Position numbers and translations under genes: made by a program. The notes below the pieces were generated by a model that did no database searches, was not told the DNA's origin, and saw only the letters and a program-made list of their open reading frames with translations. 64,000 nt of DNA, from positions 36,270,001 to 36,334,000 of the forward strand of contig CM059449.1 of the NCBI GenBank assembly GCA_030390025.1, in the 5' to 3' direction. Below, one piece after another: positions 1 through 13,431 of this stretch (positions are counted from its first letter, which is position 1; each line of letters starts with the position of its first letter). The DNA is from Squalus acanthias (lineage: Eukaryota).

Positions 1-175
1 ACTGGGGGTAATACTGAGATGATTACCTTTGAGGTCCTGCTTTTTAATTAATTTCCTAACACCCTTTATTCTGCTTGCAGGACCTCGTCCCTCTTTCTAC
101 CTATGTCATTGGTACCGATATGGACCACGACCTCTGCTGTTCACCCTCCCCCTTCAGAATGTCCTGCAGCCGCTC
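1..175 (-). mobile_element. CR1 LINE ORF1 (SGNH esterase region) fragment, inverted relative to the adjacent ORF2 piece
   Basis: Reverse complement resembles the esterase segment seen on + at ~3400-3570 (VVVHIGTNDI...KLKSRTSKVIISVLLP-type motif). Confidence 0.7.
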
Positions 176-1218
176 AGTGACAACATAAACGGTAATCCAA
201 AAATCTTCTACAGGCACATAAATAGTAAAAAGGCATTAAGAGCAGAGGTGGTGCCGATTAGAGAGCAAAACGCAGACCTACGCATAGAGGCAGAGGGTAT
301 AGCTGAGATACTAAATGAGTACTTTGCATCTGTCTTCCCATTGGAAGAGGATGCTTCCATAGACATTGTGAAGGAAGAGGTAGTAGAGACACTTGATAGG
401 ATAAAAATTGATTAGGAAGAGGTATTAGAAAGGCTGGCTGCACTTAAAGTTGATAAATCACCAGGAGCAGATGGGATGCATCCCAGCATGCTGAAGGAAT
501 TGATGGCGGAAATCGCAGAGGTACTGGTCATAATATTCCAATCTTCCATAGATACGGGGGTGGTGCCAGAGGACAGGAGAATTGCAAAAGTTAAACCATT
601 GTTCAAAAAAGGGTGCAAGGATAAACCCAGCAACTACAGGCCAGTCAGTTTAACCTCGGTAGTGGGGAAGCTTTCAGAAACAGAAGTCAGGGACAAAACC
701 AAGTCATTTGGATAGGGGTGGATCAATTAAGCAAAGCCAGCACGGATTTGTTAAAGGCATATCGTGTTTAACCAACTTGATCGAGTTTTTTTCTGAGGTA
801 ACAGAGAGGGTTGATGAGGGTATAGTGGTTGACCTAATCTACATGGATTTCCAAAAGGTGATCGACAAAATGCAACGTAATAGGCTCGCCAGCAAAATTG
901 AAGTCCATGGAATAAAAGGGACAGTGGCAGCATGGATACGAAATTGGCTAAGTGACAGGAAACAGAGAGAAGTAATGAACGGTTGTTTATTGGACTGGTG
1001 GAAGGGATACAGTGGTGTTCCCAAGGGGTCGGTTCTAAGACCACTGCTGTTTCTGATATATATTAATGACTGGGACGTGAGTGTGCAGGGCACAATTTCA
1101 AAATTTGCATTTGATACAAAACTTGGAAGTACAGTGAAAAGTAAGGAGGAGAGTGATAGACTTCAGGAAGACATAGACAGGCTGGTGGACTGGGTGGATA
1201 TGTGGCAGATGAAAGTTA
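176..1218 (+). mobile_element. CR1 LINE ORF2 (reverse transcriptase) fragment, frameshifted
   Basis: Motifs NPKIFY, PLFKKG..KPSNYRPVSLTSVVGK, QHGFVKG..CLTNL, DLIYMDFQK, GVPKGSVL, SKFAFDTKLG spread over broken ORFs. Confidence 0.95.
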
Positions 1219-1269
1219 ACCCCTCCTCTCCTCTGTTTTACTTACATCTGTCTCGTTTTCCTCTTTGAC

Positions 1270-2045
1270 TTTTGTGACTCTAGAATTATTCACTCATTTA
1301 TCTCTCTCTCTCTCTCTGCTACTTCGTGATCTAATTTTACATCAAATGGAAGCATCCCCTCTGTGGGTTTGTGTTGATTTACACCGAATGACTGCGCCCC
1401 TCTGTCGTTTTGTATTCAAATATAAACCTGATAAAAGCGCCTCTGAAAGGTTTTGTACTGAAACCATATCTAATGAATATGCCCCCGCCTGATTTTATAC
1501 TGATTTTAAGCCAATTCAAAGCGCCGATTGCATAAGTTGTATTAATTTTATACCAAATGACTGCACCCCGTGTACAATTTTACTCTACCTTTACACTGGA
1601 ATGCAGTGTGTGCGATTGTGTTCTGATTTTACACTTACTGAATGCACCCCTGTGTGATTTTGTTCTGAATTTATGCCTAATAAATTAATTCTCTGTGTGA
1701 TTTAATTCTGATTTAACTCTTACGGAATGCAGTCCCAGTATGTTATTTTTACTATCTAAAGGTAATGAATGCATTCCCCGTATGATTCTTTTAAATTACA
1801 TAAATCTAATAAATGCATTCCTTGTGTGATTTAGCACTGATTATGAATGCCTCCTCCCTCCCCGGAATGTTTTTGCCCTGGCTTTGCAGCAATGAATCCA
1901 CCGCCCCGCCCCCGCAAGATTACATATCGATTTTATATTGATTTTACACTGACTGAAAGCGCACCCTGTATAGTTTTGAATGACTTTATACACAATGGCT
2001 TCTCCCTGTACGATGTTGTACACCTTTTACAGTTGAATACAATTC
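1270..2045. repeat. Degenerate ~42-bp AT-rich minisatellite
   Basis: Recurrent unit similar to GATTTTACACTTACTGAATGCACCCCTGTGTGATTTTGTTCT. Confidence 0.7.
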
Positions 2046-2419
2046 ATGACCACAGTCAGTCACTAGATTCCAAAGTGTGCTCTTCATTACCAGACTTAAT
2101 ACAGTACTTATTTTTGGTAAACATCATATGTGATGCATTACAGATAAACACGGAAGTAATTATTTGGTTTAGTTTAACATTGAAAATAAAAGTACACCAA
2201 CTTATGTTACTGTAATTTGAACACTGACTTATTGGAATGAATGGATGTGATTTGCACGAAAGGGAATAGAACATTGCACAGTGATGCAGGAGGGGGCGCT
2301 CCTCCGAGGTTAGAGCTGAGGAACTTAATTGAGGTGGAAGAGAGAGCTTCACTCTGCATCCAACGGCAAATTCTTGACTCGTCCGTGCTTGTTACTAACA
2401 CTGGGTATCAGCGGGAGAG

Positions 2420-2570
2420 TGATTCTGAGGGGGATTGACAGGGTAGATGCCGAGAGGCTGTTTCCCCTGGCTGGAGAGTTTAGAACTAGGGGGCACAGTC
2501 TCAGGAGAAGGGCGTGGCCATTTAGGGCTGAGATGAGGAGACATTTCTTCATTCAGAGGCTTTTGAATCT
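2420..2570 (+). mobile_element. CR1 3' ORF2 fragment
   Basis: Translates ILRGIDRVDAERLFPLAGEFRTRGHSLR, the conserved CR1 C-terminus. Confidence 0.85.
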
Positions 2571-2574
2571 TATA

Positions 2575-3800
2575 CAGAGCGGGATTAAAAGGAGTGGACT
2601 TAAACAGCGCATTTTATTTGGGAATTTGGAAAGAGTGGGAAGTCGGAGAAGAGGGGGAAGAAGTTGCTGCTTTTTGCCTACACTTCTTGTAGTGCTTTGT
2701 GTTACAGGTAGATATTTAATTTCAGTACAATTAACTTAATCTAGATCAAGTCAGTAGTGAAGGAACTACACTGCAAATTAAGTTAGCTAAATACACAATG
2801 AATAACATTTAATTAAATAAAACAAGGTCATATAGGGATGGCAGTGCAGATTGTTTGCCGCAATTGTAGCATGTGGGAGTTTGCGGAGAGAATTCTGATA
2901 CCGCACAACCAAATTTGCAGTAAATGCCTAGATCTTGAGGTACTTCATCTCAGAGTTTTTGAGCTGGAGTCTGAAGTGCAGACATTACGGGACATCACGA
3001 ATGGGTAGACTTACCTGGATGCTTTGATCAATGAGGCAGTCACACCACTTAGGTTAGATATTGGTACAGGTCTGGTTAGTGGTCAGGGACAGGAGAGTGT
3101 GACGACAATTCAGGCAGGTACAGGGACCCCAGGTGCAGTGATGGAGGAGCCTCAGACCTTGCCCTGGTCCAAAAGGTATGAGGTCCTTGCTGCCAGTGTG
3201 GATGAGGGAAAAGTCTGCAGGATGGCTGAGTAAGTTGACCATGGTAGCATGGTGCAGGAGGCCATTCAAGTGGTGGGAGTGAAAGGGAATGTTGTTAAGG
3301 TAGGAGACATTATAGTCAGGGGGATAGATACTGTTCTCTGCAGCCGAAGTTCTGAAGGTTGAGTTGCCTGCCCGGTGCCAGGGTTAAAGATATCTCCTCG
3401 CGGCTGGGGAAGAATTTGGAGTGCGAGGGGGAGAATCCAGTTGTCGTGGTCCATGTAGGAATCAACGACATAAGTAGAACTAGGAGTGAGGTTTAGCTGA
3501 GGGAATTTGAGGACCTAGGATCCAAATTAAAAAGCAGAAACTCAAAGGTAAGAATCTCTGGATTGTTACCTGAGCCACGCGCACATTGGCATAGGGACAA
3601 ACAGATTAGAGCTTTAAATGCTTGGCTTCAAAGAGTGATGTGGGAGGAAGGGGTTGCAGTTCATGGGGAACTGACAACAGTACTGGGAAAAGAGGGAACT
3701 GTTCCGTTGGGATGGGCTCCACTTAAACCGGGCTTGCACCAGTGTCCTGCCGAACGGAATAACTAGGGCAGTAGACAGGGCATTAAACTAATGAAGGTGT
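2575..3800 (+). mobile_element. CR1 LINE 5' UTR and ORF1 (zinc finger/leucine zipper plus SGNH esterase), decayed
   Basis: ATG at 2838 gives MAVQIVCRNCSMWE...QICSKC..LEVLHLRVFELESEVQTLR; esterase motifs (VGDIIVRGID, CLPGARVKD, VVHVGINDI, LLPEP, LNAWL) follow with stops. Confidence 0.85.
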
Positions 3801-3834
3801 GGGTGGGAGGATTCAGGGAAGAGTAAATTTAAAA

Positions 3835-5690
3835 TAGATGAAGAAAGGGGAAATTCGAATATGAGAGTAAATTGGGAGAGACATAAAGACAGACTGTAAA
3901 AGGTTCTATAGGTATGTAAAAATGAAAGGATTAGCGAAAGTAAATGTCGGTCTCTGACAGGCTGAGACCGGAGAAATTATAATGGAGAATACGGAAATGG
4001 CAGAAGAATGAAATAAATACTTTGTGCCTGTCTTCATGGAAGAAGATGCAAAAAACTTCCCGGAAATAGTGGAGAACCAAGGGTCTAGCGAGAATGAGGA
4101 ACTGGAAGAAATTAATGTTAGTTAAAAAAAAGTACTGGACAAATTAATGGGACTGAAAGCCAATAAATCCCCTGGACCAGATGGCCGACATCCTAGGGTT
4201 TTGAAAGAGGTGGATATAGAGATAGTGGATGCATTGGTTGTCATTTTCCAAAATTCCATAGATTCTAGAACGGGTACCGCGGATTGGAAGATAGCAAATG
4301 TAACCCCACTCTTTAAGAAAGGAGGGAGAGAGAAAACGGAAAATTACAGACCAGTTAGCCTGACATCAGTAGTGGAGAAAATGCTAAAATCTATTATTAA
4401 AGATGCGGAAACAGGGCACTTAGAAAATAATAATAAGATTGGGCAGAATCAAAACGGATTTATGAATGGGAAATCGTGTTTGACAAATCTGTTAGAGTTT
4501 TTTGAGACTGTAGCTAGCTGAATTGATAAGATGGAAACAGTGGATGTGGTGCATTTGGATTTTCAGAATACTTTCGATAAGGTGCCACACAAGAGGGTGG
4601 TAAACAAAATTAGGTCTCATGGGAATGGTGGTAATATATTAGCATGGATTGAGGATATGTTGACGGACAGAAAACAGAGAGTAGGAATAAACGGGTCATT
4701 TTCGGGATGGCAGGCTGTGACTAGTTGGGTACCGCAAGGATCAGTGCTTGGGCCTCAGCATTCACAATCTACATCAATGATTTGGATGAGTGGACTATAT
4801 GTAATATCCAAGTTTGCTCATGATACAAAGCTGGGTGGGAGGGTAAGTTGTGAGGAGGATGCAAGGAGGCTTCGAGGAGATATAGACAGGCTAAGTGAGT
4901 GGGCAAGAACGCGGTAAATGGAATATAATGTGGAAAAATGTGAAGTTATCCACTTTGGCAGGAAAAATAGAAAAGCAGAGAATTTTTAAATATTGAGAGA
5001 TTGGAAAATGGCGGTGGGCAGAGGGACCTGGGTGTCCTTGTACATGAATCACTGAAAGTTAACATGCAGCTGCAGCAAAAAACTAGGAAAGCAAATGGTA
5101 TGTTGGCCTTTATTACAAGAGGATTTGTGTATTAGAATAAAGATGTCTTACTGCAATTATATAGGGCCCTGGTGAGGCCACACCTGGAGTGTTGTGTACA
5201 GTTTTGGACTCCTTACCTGAGGAAGAATATACTTGCCATAGAGAGAGGGCAACGAAGGTTCATCAGACTTGATCCTGGGATGGTGGGTTTATCCTATGAG
5301 GAGAGATTGAGCAGACTAGGTCTATAATCTCTAGAATTTAGAAGAATGAAAGGTGATCTCATTGAAACATACAACATTCTTACAAGGGTTGACAGGGTAG
5401 ATGTTTCCCCTGGTTGGAGAGTCTAGGATCGAGATGAGGAGATATTTCTTCACTCAGATGGTGGTGAATCTTTGGAAATCTGTACTCCAGAGGGTTGTGG
5501 CGGCTCAGTGTTGAGTATATTCAAGACAGAGATCGATTTATTTTTGAATATTAAGGGAATCATGGGATATGGGGATAGTGCAGGAAAGTGGCGATGAGGT
5601 AAAAGTTCAGCCATGATCTTATTGAATGGTGGAGCAGGCTCAAAAGGCCAAATGGATACTCCTGCTCCTATTTTATATGTTCTTATGTAA
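3835..5690 (+). mobile_element. CR1 LINE ORF2 RT and 3' UTR, decayed; endonuclease absent
   Basis: KSPGPDG, PLFKKG, NYRPVSLTS, LDFQNTFDKVPH, VPQGSVLGP, SKFAHDTKLGG; 3' end CTCCTGCTCCTATTTTATATGTTCTTATGT. Confidence 0.95.
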
Positions 5691-6465
5691 CGAGTCCACA
5701 TACTCTTTGGAAAATAAGAGACTAAATGAGGTACAGCAGCAAAGAGATCTAGTTGTAAACATTCACAGATCATTAAATGAAGCAACATTGGTTAATAAGG
5801 CCATAAAATGCTAACAAAGCACTGGGATTGATTTCTAGATAACTACAATTCAAAAGCAGAGAAGTTATGTTAAACTTGTATTGAACCTTGCTTAGATCAC
5901 GTTTAGATTACTATGCACAGTTCTGGTTTGCATACTTTAAAAAAAGGATATAGATGCATTGGAAAATATACTTTTTTTTACAAGGATGTCAACAAACTGA
6001 GAGGTTATAACTGTCAGGAAAAAATGAACAGACTGGGGCTCTTTACTCTAGAAAAGGGAAGACTGAGGGGTGACCTGAGAGAGGTCTTTAAGATTATGAA
6101 GGTGTTCGATAGAGTAGACTTAGAGAAGATTATTCTACTTGTGGGGAATCCAAAACTAGGCGCCACAAATATAAGATAATCACTAATAAATCTAACAAGG
6201 AAATCAGGAGAAAGTTCTTTGCTCAGAGAGCGGTGAGAATGTGGAACTCGCTACCATGTGGAGTGTTTGGGGCGAATAGCATAGACATATTTAAGGTGAA
6301 GCTAGATAAGTATATGAGGGAGAAAGGAATAGAAGGATATGTGTATAGGGTGAGATGAAGCAAATAGATTCCAAGGATGCTGGTCTGGAGCATAGGCACT
6401 GGCAGGGGCCAGTTGGGCCAGTTGGGCCGTATGGCCTGTTTCTGTGCTGTAAACACGATGTAATG
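5690..6465 (+). mobile_element. Second CR1 subfamily, 3' fragment
   Basis: NRLGLFTLEKGRLRGDLREVFKIMK; 3' end GGCCTGTTTCTGTGCTGTAA. Confidence 0.9.
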
Positions 6466-8387
6466 CACCGCGTGAAGAAAAGTGTTCGGTGTTGTAGTTA
6501 GTGACAGGTCCTAGGCATCCTTTATATAATTGAAGAAAACTAACTCTAAGATAATTTTTCTTTTTCGTGGATTTATTTTCTTATTACTACGCAGAATTAT
6601 TTGAAATAACCAACAGCTTTATATCTCCAGGTCTGTTTCTCACTATTACCGAATTGAAATGTACGGTTTCGAGAATGTTTCTATTGTTTTGGGGGTGGCG
6701 ATGAACTATTTGTTCTCTCCTATACCGGAGACAGTGACTCACGGTGGAGTGCACAAGAACCAACAGACATCGGATAGAACACCTTTCAGTCTGAGTTTCA
6801 TGGGGGAGCCCAGACACTGAGTCTTGGTTTGCTGGTAAAGTTCCTCTCCCGCAAGGCGGCCGCACTGGCCATTTATGATGTGACTGGAAGGACTCTTCAT
6901 ACTTGTTTTGAACAAGGAATTCCGTCCTTACCTCCTGGCCTCGCACGGTGCCCAGACCGGCAGGTTTCACGATTAAAACACAGACGGGGGCGGGAGGAGG
7001 GGGCGAGGTGTTAGATATACTTGTGGAACTTTGAGCTTTCCAGTGAATAAAGAACCCCTTTAATTAATATGAAATCCTCCTTCCGTAATTGGTACAATGC
7101 AGCCAAGTTGAGAACAAACTTTAATAAGAACAGATTTCCTTTAAAATCGGAGCTCAATCATTGAGATCAGCCAGGTGGTCATTTAAACGGTTATCGAGTC
7201 CGATAAACTTTTCAAACACTGCCTTTATTTTATGTACATATCTGCGCGCCTCCAATTCCGGCCTCTTGCGCTCCCCCGATAGAGGAATGGCGGATCCAAT
7301 AGTTTCCCAATGTAACGTTCCAATTTACTGGATCCGCTGGAGTTTCCAAATATTCTATTTTAGCAAAACAGAGTCTAAAAATACCGAAAGAAAGCGGAAG
7401 AATGAGAATTCACCATTTAGAACACCATTGTTATTTACGACATTTACTTAAATTCACTCTGTATACACAATGGATGTAATGAGAGCTGGGCTCGGAATGG
7501 TCGATTCCGTGATCCGACTGTGTAACATGTTGTGGATGTTTCTAGCAATGTGCTCTGTGCTATATTTGTTGTCGCTTGCGGTTTAAGTGCAGGGACTTTC
7601 TGCGAACACTGCTCGTCTCTGACTGACAAAAAACGAAACTTTGCTCCTTTAGCATCTGCCGAACTGGACAGACACCCGCGTCCCTTCAACAAAGTAGTTT
7701 CCGTTACCGGACTCACGGTTCCGCATGTTCAGTGATTCAACCGCGAGAAGACAGCTAGAGATCCTTCAACCTTTGCAAATTGCTCCATAGCAGCAAAACA
7801 AGCCATGAACAAACATACTGCAGCGAATATGAAACTTCTAATATTCAATGTCCCAGGACTTGAGCTGTTAACAAGGCACATTGCCCGTCTGCCTTCATTC
7901 CGCGGATCCACGCTATGACTAGACCCCGCCGGTGTAGTAACTGCAATGGAGAACCTCCGCTCTACATGTTAAAGGGCACAGTTCCATGTACCAGTATTTG
8001 TATTCAATAATCAGCACCAAAACCTTGCCATGTACAGACATTTTGGTCCAGTAGAAGTGCCCCAACTTTACCAGTGCAGAGACTATTGAGCTACATTTGG
8101 CGGTGGACATTGAAGCTCCCTTCAGCCTACATTCTGTGTCCGTGCTTCCCTGAGCATTTCCTCCAACCTGCCTTCAATATGGAGCAGTACTAAATCCGCA
8201 GTTAAGTGACAGTGGGCTGTTTCGGTAGGTGGGCTCCAGCAAGACATTTCCTTGGTCTTGCTTGTCCGAAAGCCATAAGATATTTGCGATGGAGTCTTTT
8301 TGTGTGAGAAATGTAGTGGTGTGAAACAGAAAGATTGAAAACTCTCACTGTGGGTCCTAGGTTCAAAACACAACTCGAAGAATGGGA

Positions 8388-8800
8388 GATTTTATCAGTG
8401 TGTTAAGGGGTCACACCACCCCACGGGGTGATTTCATATCAGTGTGTTATGGGGTCACACCACCCCACAGGGTGATTTCATATCAGTGTGTTAAGGGGTC
8501 ACACTGCCCCACAGGGTGATTTCATATCAGTGTGTTAAGGGCTCACACCACCCCACAGGGTGATTTCATATCAGTGTGTTAAGGGGTCATGCTATTCCAC
8601 AGGGTGATTTCGTATCAGTGTGTTAAGGAGTCACACCGCCTCACACAGTGATTTCCTATCAGTGTGTTAAGGGGTCACACCGCTCCACAGGGTGATTTCA
8701 TATCAGTGTGTTAAGGGGGCATGCGGTCACTCAAGCTGTTTTCACATCGGTGTGTTAGGATTTCTACGATCCCACAGGGAGATTTTATCTCAATCTGTTA
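8388..8800. repeat. 44-bp minisatellite, ~9 copies
   Basis: Head-to-tail unit GATTTCATATCAGTGTGTTAAGGGGTCACACCACCCCACAGGGT. Confidence 0.95.
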
Positions 8801-9482
8801 AGGCCACTTTCAAGAGAACAGAATAAAAGTTTAAAGTAAATCAGAAGACACAGATCTAGGTTAGTGCTTTCGGAGTTGAAAACAATTATTAGGAGCAACT
8901 TTCCTCAAGGATGATGAAAGCTACGATGAATTCCTGAGTAGGAAAGCACGAATGGTAATCATTGGCGGTGTTCCCAATGCAGTTCGAATATACTGGGACA
9001 GTCTTGGTCCCAGGGGGATGAGTTGGAATGGGCCCAATGGCCTTTTCTTGTACAGAAAATGTTAACCTATGATTTACCACAATAAAGATTTTTCACTGGT
9101 CCTCCAGGTTTCTTCAATATTAGTTCAGGAAACATCATTGAGAAAAACCTGGTAAAATGTAAAGAAAAGCCATCCCCGCTCACTGATCGCTACAGATGTA
9201 TGCTGGGAAATTAGGCCGAGTTAACAATCCCAGATTGAATCGTTACCATCAAACTCAAAGACCAAGCTTCTGAAGAGAATGAGGCCTTCAGGTAGACAGT
9301 TTGAGGAAAGCAATTTACTGGATAGAATTAATGATTGCATTGTAAAATATAATAGTTGACGTTTTAAAATGTAATCTCTTATTGTGGACAATAGAATGCT
9401 CAGACAACCGCGATTGGAAAAAAAACACACAAAGATGTTTGAGTAATTTGTGGGAACCCCGTGGCCAGATTGCATAATTTCA

Positions 9483-9692
9483 NNNNNNNNNNNNNNNNNN
9501 NNNNNNNNNNNNNNNNNNNNNNNNNNNNNNNNNNNNNNNNNNNNNNNNNNNNNNNNNNNNNNNNNNNNNNNNNNNNNNNNNNNNNNNNNNNNNNNNNNNN
9601 NNNNNNNNNNNNNNNNNNNNNNNNNNNNNNNNNNNNNNNNNNNNNNNNNNNNNNNNNNNNNNNNNNNNNNNNNNNNNNNNNNNNNNNNNNNN
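9483..9692. other. Assembly gap
   Basis: Run of N. Confidence 1.
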
Positions 9693-9837
9693 TTTTATCT
9701 TCTCAGGAAACGTGTATTAATTTCCACTGATTAAAGGTTTCTGGTGTCAGAATATACGTTTAGACTCTTGCATAAATTGTTCAGTGAACTGGTATTTCTA
9801 TCACTTGATGTTATTTTAATATGTTATGATGTTCTAG

Positions 9838-10097
9838 ATTCTCAATCTTTGATGTATAACTACACACTGAACCATGGCATTTCTCATCTTCCAGACTATA
9901 GTATAATGGAGGTTGTGGATGGCTGTGAGAGAGACTTTTATGATAGCAGTATGCACATAACGGTTCCAAGGAAGCAGTGGATGGTAAATTCCTATGACTC
10001 CAGTTACTGTGAGGAACTCACAATTACTGTAGCCAGTTTCCACGGAATCAGAAAGGGCAAGTTTCCAGAACGTTGCAGCAGATAAACCTCAGTTCAC
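9838..10097 (+). pseudogene. Orphan MHC class I-like alpha1 exon, frameshifted
   Basis: TAG acceptor 9835-37 and GTAAGT donor 10098; translates DSQSLMYNYTLNHGISHLPDYSIMEVVDGCERDFYDS..TVPRKQWM..Y. Colinear with 18395-18655 but 260 nt long (1-nt deletion near 10065); conserved YW changed to YC. Confidence 0.88.
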
Positions 10098-11384
10098 GTA
10101 AGTTGATTGGTAAAACAATCTCCCTGGATCCACCTGGTGAAACGCACTGCCCGCAATCCCACTTGAATTCTATTATTTACTGTTGCCTATTCATTCAACT
10201 GCACCAGAGAACTATGAAAGCAGGTTTCTGTAAATACATTAGCAATGTTCCAGAACGAGTAAGGGGCAAAATACAGTAGCCTAGTGACGATAGTACTGGA
10301 CGAGTATCGCAAAGGTGTTGAGGCCAAATTCCAATATGGGAAGTTGTAAAATTGAAATCAGTAAGACTGATAATTTGTGGGCTATCACCAAGAAAAATGA
10401 CCGCGGAAGCTGGCAGATTATCATAAAACCGCACTGTTTCACTAATGTCTTACAGAGAAGGAGACCTGACAGTCTTTATCTGGTCTGGCCTACAAGTGAT
10501 TCTATCCCACCCAACATAGGTGGCTCTTAATGCAGTCAAGGCAAGAAGCGATGGACAATAAATGCTGGCTTGCCAGAATCGCTCAACTAGGAAGAACAAA
10601 TCATAACATCTAATAATACGCTTGCAGTTATATATATATTAATAGTTTACCGATTTAGTATCAGTTTCTTTGCATATTTGATGAATAATTGTAGTTTAGA
10701 GACAGTTAATAATCATTTAATGAATGACACTTGTGCCTTGATACTTCTCCGTGTCAGTCTCAAGCCTAATCAAAAGCTAATAGATCTAATCTACAGTGTC
10801 TTCACTCTTAGTTTTTTTCATCTGTAGACATTCTCAGTTATAATAACCACTGAAATCGGAAATCACATCTCAGTTCAACTTTGGGCGGGGAAGCGAACAC
10901 ACTACACAGAAGTCTGCCCAATCTCCCCTCCATATAAAGGAATGAATGGACAATCAGAGAGCTCCATTTGGGGAAAGCCCTCTACTCTACCGGAGGTTTT
11001 CATGTATTCAAAGCAACAGACAATTCAACAGCTCCCAGGTGCAGAGACAGGAACATCTGGCCCACATTCAGCGAATGTGAGTGAAAGAATCCATTAGGGG
11101 TTCCGGATGTCACTTCTTTGCTGCATCTATAGGACTGATACTGAGGGGTTGAATTAGATTTCCATTAGATGTTGCTTCATACACAAATATAACAAAGCTT
11201 CATTTAGGCGGAACATAAAGAGCGGATTGGCTAAGTTTTGTAGTGAAGCCTTGAGAAATTAAAGTTTTGTCAGGTAAGCACTGTGACACACCTCTGGGAC
11301 ACCATCAGATATAATCTGAGATGATCGAAAATGTACATAATCAATAGCACAGCGATAGTCATAACCTGAACAATTATGGAACAT

Positions 11385-11800
11385 AACAGCATAGGAGGAG
11401 GCCTTTCGGCCAATATAGCCTGTGCCGGCTCTTTGAAAGAGCTATTGAATTAGTCCCACTCCCCTGCTTTTTCTCCAAAGCCTGCAATTACCTTCCCTGC
11501 ATGTATTTATACATTTCCCTTTTGAAAGTTATAATTGAATCTGCTTCCACCACCCTTTCATGCAGTGCATTCCAGATCACAACAACTCACTGCGTAAAAT
11601 AAATTCCTCATCTCACCTGCGGTTCTTTTGCCAACTACCATAAATCTGAGTCCTTTGGTTCCATGACCATTCTTTCAGTGGAAACAGTTGCTCCTTATTT
11701 ACTCTGTCAAATCCCTTCATGATTTTGATCAAGTCTATTACAGCTTAACCATCTCTACTCGAAGGAGAACAATCCCAGCTTCTGTAGTCTCCCCACAGAA
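11385..11800 (-). mobile_element. CR1 3' fragment
   Basis: Reverse complement of the CR1 C-terminus and 3' UTR, similar to 20865-21210. Confidence 0.85.
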
Positions 11801-12249
11801 TCACTGTCATAATATTCTGGGTCACTGCTGCTATAGATAGGGGCAAACACATTAAATATCAAAAAGTTGATGAGCAGGATGGAATATCAGACGAAGCCTT
11901 AGTGTAGAAATCTGTGTTCATAATTATCTACCTCCTTCTGACATGTATTGCTTCCAGATGATGAATTACAGGAAGGAGAACATGTGGGGGTGATTTTAAC
12001 CTCACCCGGCGGGAACGAGTTCGGGTCAGACGCCTGTGTCCCAGTCGCCAGATGTGAATTCAGTATAAGAATTTGAATAAAACACATTTGACTTGATTAT
12101 CAAACGCTAGAAGTCTACAGGTTGCAATATATAATTTACTCATTTTTGGATATCCCACATAATACCAGTTAAATTAAATGTTTTGTAGTCACTTCACCAT
12201 CGCCTGTTTTGCGCTGGGCCCGAGACCAATTTCTCCCTGGAGAATATAA

Positions 12250-12555
12250 TATAAAATAGTCAGCATGGATTTGTAAAAGGAAGTCCATGTTTAAGCAAAC
12301 TTATTGAATAGGTTGAAGAATTAATGGAAGGAATACACAAGGGCAATGTGTTCAAAAGGCCTTCCATAAGGTGCTCGATAAGCGGCCTGTGGAGTCAGAG
12401 GTCAGGTATCAGAATGCATTGAAAGATGGTTAGAATATAGAACATGGGTGATAAGCGATGTTTCCCAGACTGTCAGCAAGTGGGAAGTGCTGTCCCGCAG
12501 GGATCTGAGTTGGGACCACTGTTGTCCACCATAAACATCAATGATATCGACCAGC
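12250..12555 (+). mobile_element. Highly decayed CR1 RT fragment
   Basis: QHGFVKGSPCL, AFHKV, VPQGSELGPLL...INDID remnants. Confidence 0.75.
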
Positions 12556-13431
12556 AATGTGTACCTGGGATCTGTCAGCCCATAACACGGAGGCTAATTC
12601 TAATCCCACATCCCACCAGGTCGCAGCCTTGGATGAAATAACAACCTCAACACAGAGCAGAGGGACACATCTACTCTTTGTTGGAGACGGAAAATTCCAA
12701 CAAAGCAACAATTTGTAATTGCCCACCTTGAAGGAATAATGTGCATATTCACCACAAAATGTTGCAACTTGTTTTATTAACCACCCCTGAAGGGTAGAGT
12801 TCCTTTCCAAAACCGTGATAGTGCAACCAAGAAACCAGTGATTCTGATGTCACTGTTGACCTTGCCTGGCATTGCACACAAGGTGATGACCAAGGGGCAG
12901 ATTTCCATCCCTACCGCCTGGATTTTCAGCCTCGCCTGGGCAGAGCACAGAGTAAAACCAGCTGGAGCGGTTCCCACAACATTTGCAGAACCCGCCTGAT
13001 TTCCCTTCTATTGAACATTTAGCACCGAGTGTATTATTCCAGTGAGGTGGGTTCGAGGCTTGTGGGAAACTGGAGCAAGGCGCCCAGACATCATTCCTCT
13101 CCATCTATCTGTAATTTTTGCCTTCTCTCCTTACTGATAGAAACCTTTGGTTTTATGTAACTCATAGTTACATACGAAGATTTACGGTAATTTAGGAAGT
13201 GGTTAATTGGGGTGGTTGGAGCATTGGGTGTTTTTCCTAGAATAATTCATTCCCATTTGAAAGTCACTACTTTCGGTCCTTATTTTTACTCAGTACTTTG
13301 ACTGTATATTTTACAGATTGGTTTTACAGCGCATAAGCATAATATAACGTCAGTTCAAGTGTAAAGTAAGCTGGAATTGTTTTTAAAAAGCATTAGACCA
13401 CACGCCGCTGCTGTAATGACAGCCGCAGTTT

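Noticed and set aside
2575-5690. Active full-length CR1
   Set aside because: Endonuclease missing; multiple stops and frameshifts.
8388-8800. Regular 44-bp repeats resembling a CRISPR array
   Set aside because: Units are head-to-tail with no unique spacers, no cas genes, and the context is vertebrate; it is a minisatellite.
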